Notes under the pieces: generated by a model
The model's input: the letters and a program-made list of their open reading frames with translations, nothing else
Databases searched by the model: none
What the model was told of the DNA's origin: nothing
Program-made: the position numbers and the translations under genes
Source: Asterias rubens
Taxonomy: Eukaryota
Length of the DNA: 64,000 nt
Assembly (NCBI RefSeq): GCF_902459465.1
Contig: NC_047068.1
Location: 14,198,001-14,262,000, forward strand
Direction: 5' to 3'
Part shown: one piece after another, positions 50,343 through 62,673 of the stretch
Layout of the letters: each line of letters opens with the position of its first letter
How positions within the stretch are numbered: the first letter of the stretch is position 1

Positions 50343-50356
50343 CCACAAGAGGGCGC
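50343..50356 (+). promoter_or_regulatory. CTCF-like site
   Basis: CCACAAGAGGGCGC, one mismatch to CCASYAGRKGGCRS, lying between the SUN promoter and the 3' end of the GH99-like gene. Confidence 0.5.
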
Positions 50357-52807
50357 TTTAAAGGGCGATAAATTCCAACCAACATAGGCTAACTATAAAT
50401 AAAAGCTAAAAATACTTCAAACTATAATCTCAGCCTCTTGAAACCTAACCAAATATATTTTCAGACAACTAAACCTCAGATTTCCTTTCACTCTTTGGCA
50501 GGTGAGCCATTGGCAACTTTTGTTAACACAGCCCTTTTTGTCCCTAATTGCTGCCAGATTTTATGAAGCCTCCTCCACTTCCAAATAGGGCCTTCATTTA
50601 CTAAAAAGTTGAAAGTGAAGCACAAAACCTCCAGAATGTGATTAAAAAGAATTTGAGTCCATGGGGTGAATAATAATAATAATCATTTTGCGCTTGAATT
50701 GTTGTTGTTGTTGTGTGGTGCACCCTGAAGTTTCACACGAAATTTGTGTGAAAGCAAATAATATATGGAGGTTTTTGTTTTTTAAAATAATAAATGACAG
50801 TGCTATGCCTTTATTTATGTTATAAATACTTTATTACAATTCTCAGTTTGTCCATAAATACAAACAATATTTATACAAAATTAGTTATTTAGAAACAAAT
50901 TAACAAAAAAAGAGGAAGACAGTTTGAACAAAAACATAACAAAATATTGGCAAAAATTGTAATAAAATTATAGATTAATTAAACAATTCATTTGCTTATT
51001 TATTAACAATCTTCTCTTTTTAAGGTGCAACTTATCCATCTAAATTAAACATATATCTGATGAGTTTTGTTTAATATAACATTTCTTTTAAGAAATAATA
51101 ATTTGTACATGATTTTAAATGTGCAAAAAAATCGTTAATCAGGTCCGATGTTTCAACCCTAGAGATTCTATTTTGAAAACTATTGTTAATTCTGACAAAT
51201 CATTCAAATTGACTTTTGATATATTGTAGTTTTTGTAGCGAGTTGTTGCGGAGTGGGTCTACTTCACAGGACTCAAGCTCTGGTGTTGTCAGCAGCAGAG
51301 TGGGGTTCGAAACCGAGTCATGAAACTTTTGCCCTTGAGAAAGGCACTTAACCAGAATGTCTTCGTAAAAAGTTGTGAAGGTAGTGCGTTATGCTCTAAC
51401 CAGCAGAGCACCTATGACTGAATGAAATAATGAAAACTTTGTATAATCCTGAATTAAGCTGCACCAATTAATTGACCTGCTACATATTTTCAGTGAGAGC
51501 CAACCAAGTGAAACTGTAATTAATACAAATAAATACACTTAAAAACAAGCAATACATAAATTAGATAAACATAAGAATTTAAATGTTTGTCTCTAATTAT
51601 AAACTTTTTGTTATGTACACTACAGTGATATTACTGTATAAAGAGTCAAATTAATTTTTTGTGACCCTTTCAATGCTTCCCTTGAACAAAATGTAAGACC
51701 ATAAGTAAATGAATAAAGCAGGGGAGAAACAACAGCTACACTGACTCACGCTTTGGAACTTTTTTACAAACAGCATAATTTGGTTATTTCCTATGAGCTG
51801 ATTTTAAAGTCATTATATACATGCTTCACCAATTTGTTTAACCCTCTAGTCCCTGCACCGCCAGAGTTTGCTGAAAAGGTAACTAGTTTTCAAGATTTTT
51901 GCAGTTAATTACTAGAATCGTGGTTCAAGTTGTAAAATAATATTATTTATGCAAAATTTGTGGCCTTCTTGTTAAAATTTGTTCAGGATTAATAAGCCCC
52001 TCCAGGGAACAATAAGTTAGTGCATCTCGTAAACGGCTTTCAGTAATTTGTATGGCGATTATTTTTTCTAGAAGGTTAAAATGAACACAATAGCTTTTCA
52101 AGGCTTCATCTGGCTCAATGCGCATACTGATTAATTGCTAAGGATTAGTTGTGTGCAATATCGTCAAAATGAAAGACAATGTCATTTGTGTTGGGTAAGA
52201 GCTGGATTATTTCATTTTTACAAGTCAACAGTGAAGGGGAAATTAATAATGATCAAACAATTAGATGGATTGATCGTGCGTTCTGATGAATATCAAATTT
52301 TATTTTGATGTTACTTTTTTTCTCAGACACAAGCTAGCGAGGTTTCCTCCTACCCCATAATACTGTGAAGCGCTTTAGGCAGTTGGGCAGTTTAGTGGCT
52401 AAAAGGTTAAGACCCCAAATAACTGTATTTAAAATAAAATTAAGTTAAATTGCATAGGTTAATTTAAGACTTTTTAAAGATCAGCAGAAACCTTGATTAT
52501 TTAAAATAGGAACACAAAAGAGATTGAGGATAAAAAGGGAGAAATGACAAATTAAACGCTTTTTAAAACCTATTTAATGCTACCCTGCAGTGGCTTAAAC
52601 ATGTTGTATCCGCATCCTTCGCAATTCAGCTTCTCAGCTGCAAGTAAGGATGATCAGCTTTCCAAATATAGTATTGTTATTTCCAGTAGAAACAAATTGT
52701 CATTATTTCTGACAGGATCGACAAATGTAATAAATTGACAATTTTAAAAATAGTTACTTGACCCTTGCAGAGTCTTTCTCAAAGGCTAAAGGACCAAATA
52801 AAACTCA

Positions 52808-55800
52808 TCAACTTTGGGGGACTGAGATGAGTTGAAATTCTAGAGAGATGTTACGCAATAAAAATGGAGCATCGGCAACGAAGTAAACATCAGAGGAATG
52901 TTCAGCACTATGGTCCCAAGCCTGGTTGACCTTGTGCAATGCTACAACGGCTGACCGCCAGATATCTGCATTTGAAAATGAAGAGAGAAAAAGGAAAACA
53001 ATGAAAGAAGGAGGTAAAGTAACTGGACACCTTTGATAATTGTCAAAGACCAGTATTTTGCACTTGATGCATCCCAGCATATGCACCAAATAACAAACAT
53101 GTGAAAATTTGGGCTCAATGGGTCATCAAATTTGAAAAAGAATGAAAAGAAAAAACACCCTTGTAGCATTACTTTGTTTTCTTTCAGATGCCTAAAAAGG
53201 CTTCATATTAAACCTCTTTCTCAAAAGCTACAGAGGGGGGCCATTTCTCGCAATGTTTTATACTATCAACAGCTCTCCACGATGATAGTAGAAAACATCC
53301 CTTGAAATATTTCTGTTTGAAATGTCATATTTAATGAGAAATAAATAATCTAATTCAGTGAGCGTTTTATTCATTTTTGTTTTGGCATCGCTGCAGTGCA
53401 AAATTCTAAATCGTTTTTTTCACTGTTCGGTCGTGACCCAGATGGCCGATCGATCTCAAACCGCTACAGGTTTGTTAGTTTATGTATATGGTGGATTACA
53501 TAAAGTGCTTACACTGCTAGCAATTGTTTTTGCTAGCAAAACCAATTCTGTAATGTTCCATTAAAATGAGACACAGCTCTCTATGTTAAAAAAAAAAAAA
53601 AAACCCACATTTTCTTCCCCAAACTGACCTGATGTTTCTGCCATGATGTCACACACCATAGAGTATTCACCATATCTAACGAATAATTCATGAGAGTCAT
53701 GACCTCTAGGGTATCTCGATAGGACAGGTTCCCTTCTCACTAGTTCAGTTTGTCGAGACGATGAGGAGTAAACTTTCAGAGAAGAGAATCCTTGCCGTTG
53801 GAGATTGTATTGAAATCGCAACAAACCCTGGAGAAACAAAGAATCTTCATGAGACCGAATCAAAAATAATGCTCCCTTTTTAAGTTTAAAATCTCGAGGC
53901 GAGACAACTAATTAAAAGGGTTTCAAATAGTCTTAAAGAAAAAGAAATACACCACCAATATGCAAATCTGTAGGATTTGAAACTTTGCATGGTGGAAATG
54001 CGATATGGAAAGGTTTGCGGTAACACCACGTAATGACTATCTCTAATGAGTTGGGGTGGTTCTGAAAAGAACCGTTGGTTTCAACTCAGTATGCTCTGAT
54101 CGTCGATCAGTATGCTCTGATCGTCTTCTGGAGAAAGCTGAGAAATATGCAAATCTCTTGAGGATAAATCTTTTTTGTGTTCTGTTCTGCTTAGAGAGGA
54201 GCCCTTCCCCCTCAAAAACACAAAAGAAAAAAAAGAAAAAAAAAACAACAAAAAACCCACACCCTACACCCCAACAAACAAACAACCAAAATAAAATTTA
54301 TTCACCTTAAAGTTGTAGCTTCTCAGAGTTGCTGCTTTTGTTTCATTCACTGCTAGGTACAGACCACTGGTGTTAGTGACCATATACGACCCTGCAACAA
54401 TGTTTGGCTTGACCGTGGGATAAAGGTCATCACTGGGTAGATCAAAGGTCATGTTGGTCACTTTAAGCATGGAGGTAAGCTGCTGTAAGTCTTTCCTGGT
54501 GAGATAAATTAAAAATTAGACCCTGGCTAGTTCAATAAGGTCCAAAATATAGCACAGTCGAACCAGCAGGTTTGCCATATTACTTATTTCACAAATCCTA
54601 AAATGGGTTTCACTCCTCTTGAAAACACCCTGGGCCCAACAATTTAATGAAATTCTGTGCTTATATCTACTCATAGCGTCACGACCTTAGCAACACACTG
54701 TAAGCCCAGAAATCTATGCTAAGCAGCACCATGACATTGGGCCCAGATCATCCAGGGTGTTACATATCAGAAGATCTCTAGAATATCGACCTCACCACTA
54801 GAGATTTGGAAATAAAATTGGCTGTTTTTCTTCAGTTAATGATTAGCTCACATCCTTCAAAAATATGTTTGAGGTAGAGGGAGGTTCATGAAAAAACTTC
54901 TGATTTTAGGTCAAATAATAAATCACTGACAAAAAAACATGAAATTACTGCTACAATTTCGTTGCTAGAATTACCCAAAAGATGAGTTTTCCCATTCCAA
55001 TGCAGAATTTAACCTTCCTATAATAACTTATAAATGGCAGAAAACCGCTCAAATTTTCACGTTTAGTTTGCTTGAAACACAAAATTGTACATTGATTGCT
55101 TTAATGCCTTAAATTTTCTCCAGTAAAACCTACGATAGGCCCCAAGCCAGGCACGTGACAAATTTGGAAAACTTACCTAACAGACTGTAAAGAAGAGGAA
55201 GCCATCGAGTACTTGTGGTTATTCAACAACAAAGCTGTCTTCTCTAGAACCATGATAATTGTTGTTACTGAAATTCAACAGCATAAAAAGAGTAAATGGC
55301 CTGACGTTTCAACCCTAGCAGAGTCGTTCTTGGAGGCTAAATGACAACACATGAACAGGTATCTAAGTGTAATGCGCAGTGAAGTGGAAATACATGAGTT
55401 GAGTTAGAAAGCACACAGACAAAAAAGCAAGGGGTAAACAATGAACATCAGTTTTGTTTCCAATACTTGTTTATTCATGTAAAGGGATGATAGATCATTG
55501 GCTTTGGGAAGAGACCAATGGGAGACTTTCTGGGACGATAGAGGGCAGCAGACTTACCGGGTAAATCCATTGTTCTCAGAATTATGCGCATGTTCAGAAC
55601 TACATAAACAATGGACATTTACCCGGTATGTCTGCTGCCACCTAGCGTTGGAAAGTCTCCTATTCATGACCTATTGCTCAACAAACACACCAGGAGGCAT
55701 CGTCATCCTTTTAAGTACCACCATCTTTTACAGCTGCCAGAGGCGCCCTTGCCTGCCTGCGGCTCAACCACATTATAGTTGCATCCTTCAGCGTCTCAGC

Positions 55801-58800
55801 TGCAAGAAACGATGATTATCCTCCCAAACTATGATTATTATAATCCCACACGCGAAACTGTAACTTCCCCAGTGATTTGAATAGTCAAAGCATACCATTA
55901 AGCCCCGGAGTCCGTTGGTAGAATAACGCCTTGTTGTAGAGACTAAACCAGCCGGCCGGTAAGGTCACTCCCGATGGGTCATAGCTAATATTCTTCCATT
56001 TGGCTGACAGTGATAGGGTTCTGTGTAATGTGTCAAAGGTCCCATCAATGGGAAGGATTGGTGTCGCTTCTGAATTGAAAAAAACAGAAGGAGAAATAGT
56101 AAGAATAATTATCATGTAGGAAACTAACTCCCGTTTCAGACAGAAGCTCCAAAATTGGGTCGAACCAAATTCTGGATGAAGTAAACAAAAAGTTTGACAT
56201 TTGAAACAGTTAGGGGTGACTGGACGCGGTGGGTATGTCGAAAGATCGACTGTTGCAGTCGTTCTGAACCACTCTGGAGCGCCTTGGTTTCAGACATTGA
56301 TCTTGTCATGAGTCGAGCCAATGTAATGTTATTTTAAGTTAACCTGTCTGAAACCCAAAACTTATTTGGGTTGACCTAGAGTTGCTCCTAATATATATGG
56401 TTTGGCGAGACTCTGCAGCGCCTGTCTAAAACGTTGAGACCCTGTCAAACCTAACCCTGCTCAGGAGGTGGGTTGAAAGCTCTTGATCGATGTCAAAATT
56501 CCAACATGTGTCAGAAGCCGTAGTGTAATAAATTTTGATCCATTTGAGCATGCGCACTACAACCAAGAATCTTTTTAAAATGTGAATTTTTTACTGGCAT
56601 GAAAAAATTGGGACTTATTGGGAATGATGCTCATATAGAAACACTGGTGCACATGTTTGAAGCGCAGTGACAGGGAGGTTGGGTCAATTGGAATAAGGTT
56701 GAGAGATTTTTAAGCACGGTTGATTTTGGGTTTGGGGAGATGCCCTAAAATTTATCGTCGAGGCAGAAGTATAAGTATATGAGTGAGAAAGAAACAACTT
56801 TACCGACCAGAGTCTAGAGGAAGTAGAGAAACTGAAAGAGTTTACCTGGAAAGTCATTCATTGTTGGTAGAATGATAACGTCTGGAGAGGAGGCTAGACT
56901 GATGTAAAACTGCCACTGAGCTTCATAAGTATTCCTGCATTCGGGTTCAGAGAAGAACATGTATAGCCAGGGAAATATTGAATTGTAAGGGCCTTGTCAC
57001 ACGAGGCAACTTTCACAGGCAACTTGGAGGCAACCAATTGCAGTGCATGCTACAGGACCACTTTTTCAAATATCGTCTTACGACCCACAAGAACAATCAG
57101 CGAACATTAAAATAAGAATGCGTTTTCTTCTTTGAGATTGTCTGGAATTGGTTCCCCATGAATTGCCTCGTGTGACATTGCCTTAAGAAATGCATTAAAA
57201 GTGTGTACATGAAATAACCTCCATCTCCATCCCTTCCCATTCTTGAACATTTGAAGAAAAAAGAAAAAAGAAAGAAAAAATGTCTTTGTTGAGCATCAAT
57301 TTTGGATCGGGCGGGTTGATTCTATGAAAAGCGCTTGAAACCGTTTGTTATGAAATCGATATGGTTAGAAAGATGTTTTAAAAGTAGAATACAATGATCC
57401 ACATAAACATGCCTTGAAATTGCGTGGTTTTGCTTTTACTTTGCGAACTAACACGTTTGGCCATTTTATAGAGTCAAAAACTTGACTCCACAAAATGGCG
57501 TGCCATGTTAGTTTACGGCGTATGAGGAAAACCATGCAATTTTGAGGCATCTTTGTGTGGATTTTTATATTCTACTTTTAAAACAGCTTTCTAACCATAT
57601 GCATATTATAACACACGGTTTCAAACGCTTTTCAGAGACCAATCCAAGGCAACAATTCCCACAAATTTTTTCTTAGAATGATTTTTTACAGATGCTTCTG
57701 CTGTTGCAAAACAAAAAAATATAAACTTTCCTCTATGCCAAAGAGATTTCACCAAATGCACGCAACATGCAAAAAATTGATTTGTACATGGCTGATGGGT
57801 GTGAGATAATATGGAGGTTTAGCTGCACGTTACTCAAGCAAAAACCTGAATGTGAACGTACAAAAACTTTTTTGTAAAAATCTCATGTTTTTAGCATACC
57901 ATTTCTCATGTAAGGTATGTACAGGAAGACGTCATACGTGAGCATGAAATAAGCCCAAAGTGGTGCCTAATCTATCTAGAAACGACACAATTTTCTGACG
58001 TTCACGTTCAAGTTTTTGCTAGCTTAACTTGCAGCTAAACCATACAGAAACAACAACGTGCCTTTTTTGTGTCTGGAGATCCAGTCTAGGAAGGTAGCGC
58101 AGACTCCTCCCCCATCCGACACACCCTCTGTTGTCAAACCCTGGAGATATCGACCCACACCACATCACACACGAACCTTGTTTGACGCAATCACTGCCAA
58201 ATATACTGAGATTTCTCTGCAGAACAAAAACACAGCATAACACATTTTGTTTTCAAAGATAAAAACTTAAAGAATATTTTTAAATATTTAAAAACATCAG
58301 TGAAATAGACACTTATGATTTAATGATGATCCTCTTCCCACCTTCGAAAAAGTAAGACTGAGGTCAATTTGTAAAAAGAAACACAAGTTGTAATAATAAT
58401 AATAATAATAAGAACACTTATAGTGCGTCAGTATCCACCACAAGTGATGCCCATAGCAGCTGTGAAAACGTGGGTTTTGAGCGCCTCTTTGAACTTATGA
58501 ATAGAAGACATGTTACGGATATTAAGAGGCAGATTATTCCAAAGTAAAGGACCAGCATGAGAAAAAGCCCTGTCACCCCAATTGTTGTGGGTTTGGGGAA
58601 CAACTAGTAACAAAGAAGTGGACGATCTAAGACAAGGACAGTGTGTGAAGAGAACTCTATAATATGATGATATGATTACATCATAATTGTCATAATTGTA
58701 TTCTTAAAGGACTGCTCACACAGTACTGGGTGCCTGCAAGGTGTCAATTAATACAAAGATTGTTACTTTTCTTTTAAACTAAAGGCTCTCCACTTACACA

Positions 58801-61800
58801 ATGGAAAGTAATCAATCGGTAGCTAGCCCATGGAAGCAAAAGATTCTGTATCTTGGTAGTTTATTTATTTATTTTTATTTTAAATCTTTAGATTTTTATT
58901 TTAAATCTTTAGACATATACAGTTACTGCAGGTTGGACAGGGGCTGTCAAGGTTAAAACACAAGTACAACAACTGTCATCAAAAGGTGTGTAAAACCAGA
59001 CCTCTGTCAATGATAAAAATATAAAAAGGTAATAATATAAAAAGGAGATTGCACTCAAACATTTAAAAGTCACATACTAGAAAACATTTAAACAAAGCAA
59101 ATCTACATTATTGCAAAAACAGCACCGACAACAGAACACCATAACAACAGGCCGGAAAGGACAACAATTTAAAAAAAAACACAGCCAAACACAAATGGAC
59201 TAAAAACCCACGACAGCCAAATAAAAACTGGTACAGAGAACAACTTTTAAAACAATGAAGCAGGAGCTAAAAATAATATAAATATAAAGTAATGATTTTA
59301 TTTAGTATGAAACATCTATGATGACAGTTTTTTATTTATTTTTGTCTTGACCTGGACAATTTTAAATGTATATTAATGACCGAAGATTTAACTTTATGTA
59401 CCTGATACTCCACAGCATCTTCCAATGTTCCATAATAGTCCCACTCAGACATACCCGGTGGTGTGGGCTTTTCAATAAACGGCGCCCACCCAAAAGTACC
59501 GTTGAGCAGTCCACCCCACTCATCCCACAGTGTAGGGCTAGATGCAAAGTTGAGGTAGCTACCAATCCAAATAGGGGTGGACATGCCAGCAGGGAGGCTG
59601 AGGGGCATGGATAGTACAGCTGTGGAATGAAGGATGGCATCTTGAAACAATTCAACACAATCTCAACAATTTGTGAAACGATCAAGCAAAATAAGTTGTT
59701 GGTCGGAAATATTACTATAGAGAAACAAGCCAAAAAGGGTGAAATTTTCAACAACTTTTTTGTTTGTAAATTAAAATGACCCACTATATCTTATTTTATA
59801 TTGGCAAATTCGTTCCTGATAAATAACATCAAAAGAGGTTAAAATCAGAATTGAAAGAAAATGTGCCAATGTATGTTCAATAAATAACTTGACTTTAACC
59901 TCCTTATTCTCCGTTTCAGTCTCTGGTAAATTTTAAGCACATTCACTCATGTTACCTTTAAATTGTTTTGACATAAGACCACCTCCAAAGATGAATATGA
60001 TGGGATGGTTGCCGTGGTACAGGGTGACTTCAGGTCCCAGACTAAAAACAGTATCAACCAAGCACTGAAGGTTGCTGTGGAATGCCTGTATCACCTTCAC
60101 ATAACAACAGCAAAAGAATTTTGTTTTATTATTAATGAGCATTGTTTAAATGTACACAAGTTTTTGATAGCTAGTCATAGAGTTATATATAAGAACTAGA
60201 GGGCGCACTGGTGATGCTTCTTGCACAAACGCGACGGGACTGCAAGATGACAGGCGCGCCATTCTGTACGTGCGTCGAATATGAAATACACGTTTAAGTT
60301 TTTTTTTATTGAACGCTCACGCGATGCTGTTTGTTCAACTTACAAAATGGCCGCACAAACACACGCTGTGAGATGGCTGTTTTGTCAACTTAGAAAATGA
60401 CTGCCTGCGCGCATACCGGGGCCCGTATATAGGCCAGTGCGCCCTCTAGTTCTTATATATGACTCTATGTAGCTAGTACATTTCAATTTAATACCCTGTA
60501 GAGGCCTAAAAGTGGTCGGTACTGCAGTTATCATAGCGGCAAGAAAATGCAATGTGTAAATGTACAACGTAAAAGAAATCCAGGAAATGTTTTGTTAAGA
60601 AAAGGGATTTGCCTTAGGTCTCCAGTCACTAAATGAGTAAAACAATTTCGTTAAGAAAAGGGATTTGCCTGTGGTCTCCATCCACTCTGTAGCTATAACA
60701 TACTCTGTCTAAGCCACTAAGGCTTTGATAAAAAGGCTAGTTTGTATCAGGCTTGCTTCGATAGCAAAAACAAATGGAGATTTTTAGGGTGTTTAGAAAC
60801 CATTATTTTATTTGCTTTTTAGATGCAAATTTCTCTCTGGAGGATTGGTAGAGGTATGAACTTTTTATTATCATGTGCTTTCAGATTGAAACTATACAAT
60901 TTTCATTAACAATTACTAATACAGTACTTTGTGATATACAGCTACCCCCATCACACCTAATTTGTTCTCACTATGTTCTGAAAAATGTAGTCTTGTTGCA
61001 AGATGAACGCAATGTGCCTGGCGAGGAGGGAGCGAGCGGGGGATCGCGATAGCCGAGTGATAGTGTGAATAACAACGTCTTGCACCAAGACTACATATTT
61101 CAGAACGTAATGAAAACCAATTTGGTGTGATCGGGGTATAAAAAGGGAACTACAGCATCTCTAGAGGTTTGGGGGAGATTCTCCTCATAGTTACCTCTTC
61201 ACTGGAGTTTTTATTCAGTTCAGAGGTCAGCCAGTGATCACACCTAAACACTCATAACAAAAAAACATAATAATCAAGATCTCATAGGATGATAACAGAT
61301 TGGAAAATTTACATAAAATATCTTATATAATCCATAACAATGCAAAAACAAATGTTCTAACTGTCTAACAGCAAAAATCAAGACAAAATCAAACATCTTG
61401 AATGAAATTGGGTTTCACATAGCCTGAGGTTTACATGGCAAATTTTCGATTTGAACTATTAAACAAATCGTAACTTGGTCGTTGGTTCGCATCCTACCAG
61501 AGTGATTTGCCTGTGGATTTACTCTCACAGAACTCGGGAAAGTACTGAGCATACAGTGTCTTATAGACATCGGTGTAACGTGAAAACAAAATTTTTATTT
61601 TCGTCCCCGGTGCAGCACTAACATCCATCAAATCATGCCTTCACAAATAGCACCATGATTCTTACCAGTTGATTCCGATAGAAAATTCGCCATGTTTCTT
61701 GACAAGTCCAAGAAGTTGTTGAAGAGCCACATTGCTGGAATGAGTCTTGTACCCCTGAAAGAAGGACGAATACAATATACAACTGAATTCAAATGACATT

Positions 61801-62633
61801 GTGAATGAAAGCAAAGGACAGTAATTTCCAAAATTTAGATAAAGGGATAATTTACGTTCATCATCATGCTTATTTGGATTGCAGCAATCAAAATGAGTAC
61901 CAATGATGATTTGCTGTGTTATTTCCTCACTTTTGCAGTATTTCAAAAATAACGTGGATCACACCTCCTATAAAGAATGCATGTCTATCACTTGCATCAT
62001 ATTGGGAGTCAATTCCTTTGTGCATAGTTTGGACTCCAGAGTTGGCAGACAAGATAGGCACGTGTAAGTAAACTGTGCCTTGCGCAAGGGGTCTATAAGG
62101 ATTTGTTGTTGGTATGAGCTAAATAATCAGTGAGTTTTTAGATGGACGTTTGGTCATAGTTTGTTTTTTTGTCAACGTAATGGTTATCTATAGGCAAAAC
62201 TCACCTATAAAAGTGTCAGCTGAACACAGTGTCTATCTTCTGAGAAAACAGCAAAAAACTCTTAAAGTGTTTTCACAAGAACGTTGAATTCATCCTTGTT
62301 AAAGTGAGGTGGCAGTGGGTACCGACTAGCCACAACGATTACACACGGACACCAACCCTCAGAAATCTGAGAATTGATTCATGCATTATTCCTTTCCCAG
62401 ATTTAAATTTTTTAATACTTTATTTTTGAATAACGGGGGATATTTCAGCCTCAAAATTATTTTTACTACCATTACCATCTTTATCAACAAGGAGCCCTAC
62501 CGGTAGAAATTTCAAAAATATTGTCAAGGTCAATACTAAACGATGACCCTACCTCTAGATTGGAAAACATTCTTACCCACTCTAGGAGGAATCCATCAAT
62601 GCCTGCCGTTTTGGCTTGTAGCAAAAGAAATTC
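52808..62633 (-). CDS. GH99/GH71-like glycoside hydrolase (TIM barrel plus C-terminal domain), 5'-incomplete, 12 exons, 534 aa in window
   Basis: Exons 62633-62577, 61754-61666, 61243-61195, 60094-59956, 59640-59402, 58216-58062 (GC donor), 56934-56846, 56069-55896, 55243-55177, 54495-54306, 53827-53629, 52965-52808. Total 1605 nt in one continuous frame ending in TGA. Motifs AKTAGIDGFLLEWG, FSIGINWCDHW, HPIIFIFG, SISPGFDNRGCVGWG, NTYEAQW and PTMNDFPEATPILP parallel GH99/71-like motifs (GIDGxxxxW, SVGPGYxD, TSFNEWHEGTQIEP). The gene structure is well supported; the family assignment is from motif recall. Confidence 0.8.
56989..57182. mobile_element. Harbinger-type MITE
   Basis: TAA|GGGCCTTGTCACACGAGGCAA ... 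TTGCCTCGTGTGACATTGCC|TTA. Confidence 0.7.
58389..58650 (-). mobile_element. CR1/L2-like LINE 3' fragment
   Basis: [39 protein letters not shown] followed by a (TTA)n tail. Confidence 0.8.
60175..60470. mobile_element. MITE with ~36-bp TIRs
   Basis: CATAGAGT(T/C)ATATATAAGAACTAGAGGGCGCACTGG at both ends; perfect 27-bp core at 60185-60211 and 60434-60460. Confidence 0.8.
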
Positions 62634-62673
62634 CTTCAATTAAAATAAAAAAACAGGGTTGAAAGAACGTTAT

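Noticed and set aside
10540-51410. tRNA-like segments (~10540, 15520, 37700, 39610, 51240)
   Set aside because: They have A/B-box remnants but no full cloverleaf and continue into SINE bodies, so they are SINE heads rather than tRNA genes.
61628-61831. ORF frame GTRLIPAMWLFNNFLDLSRNMANFLSEST for the exon at 61754-61666
   Set aside because: This frame is phase-incompatible with the neighbouring exons; the alternative frame GYKTHSS...FSIGINW joins both neighbours and restores the family motifs.
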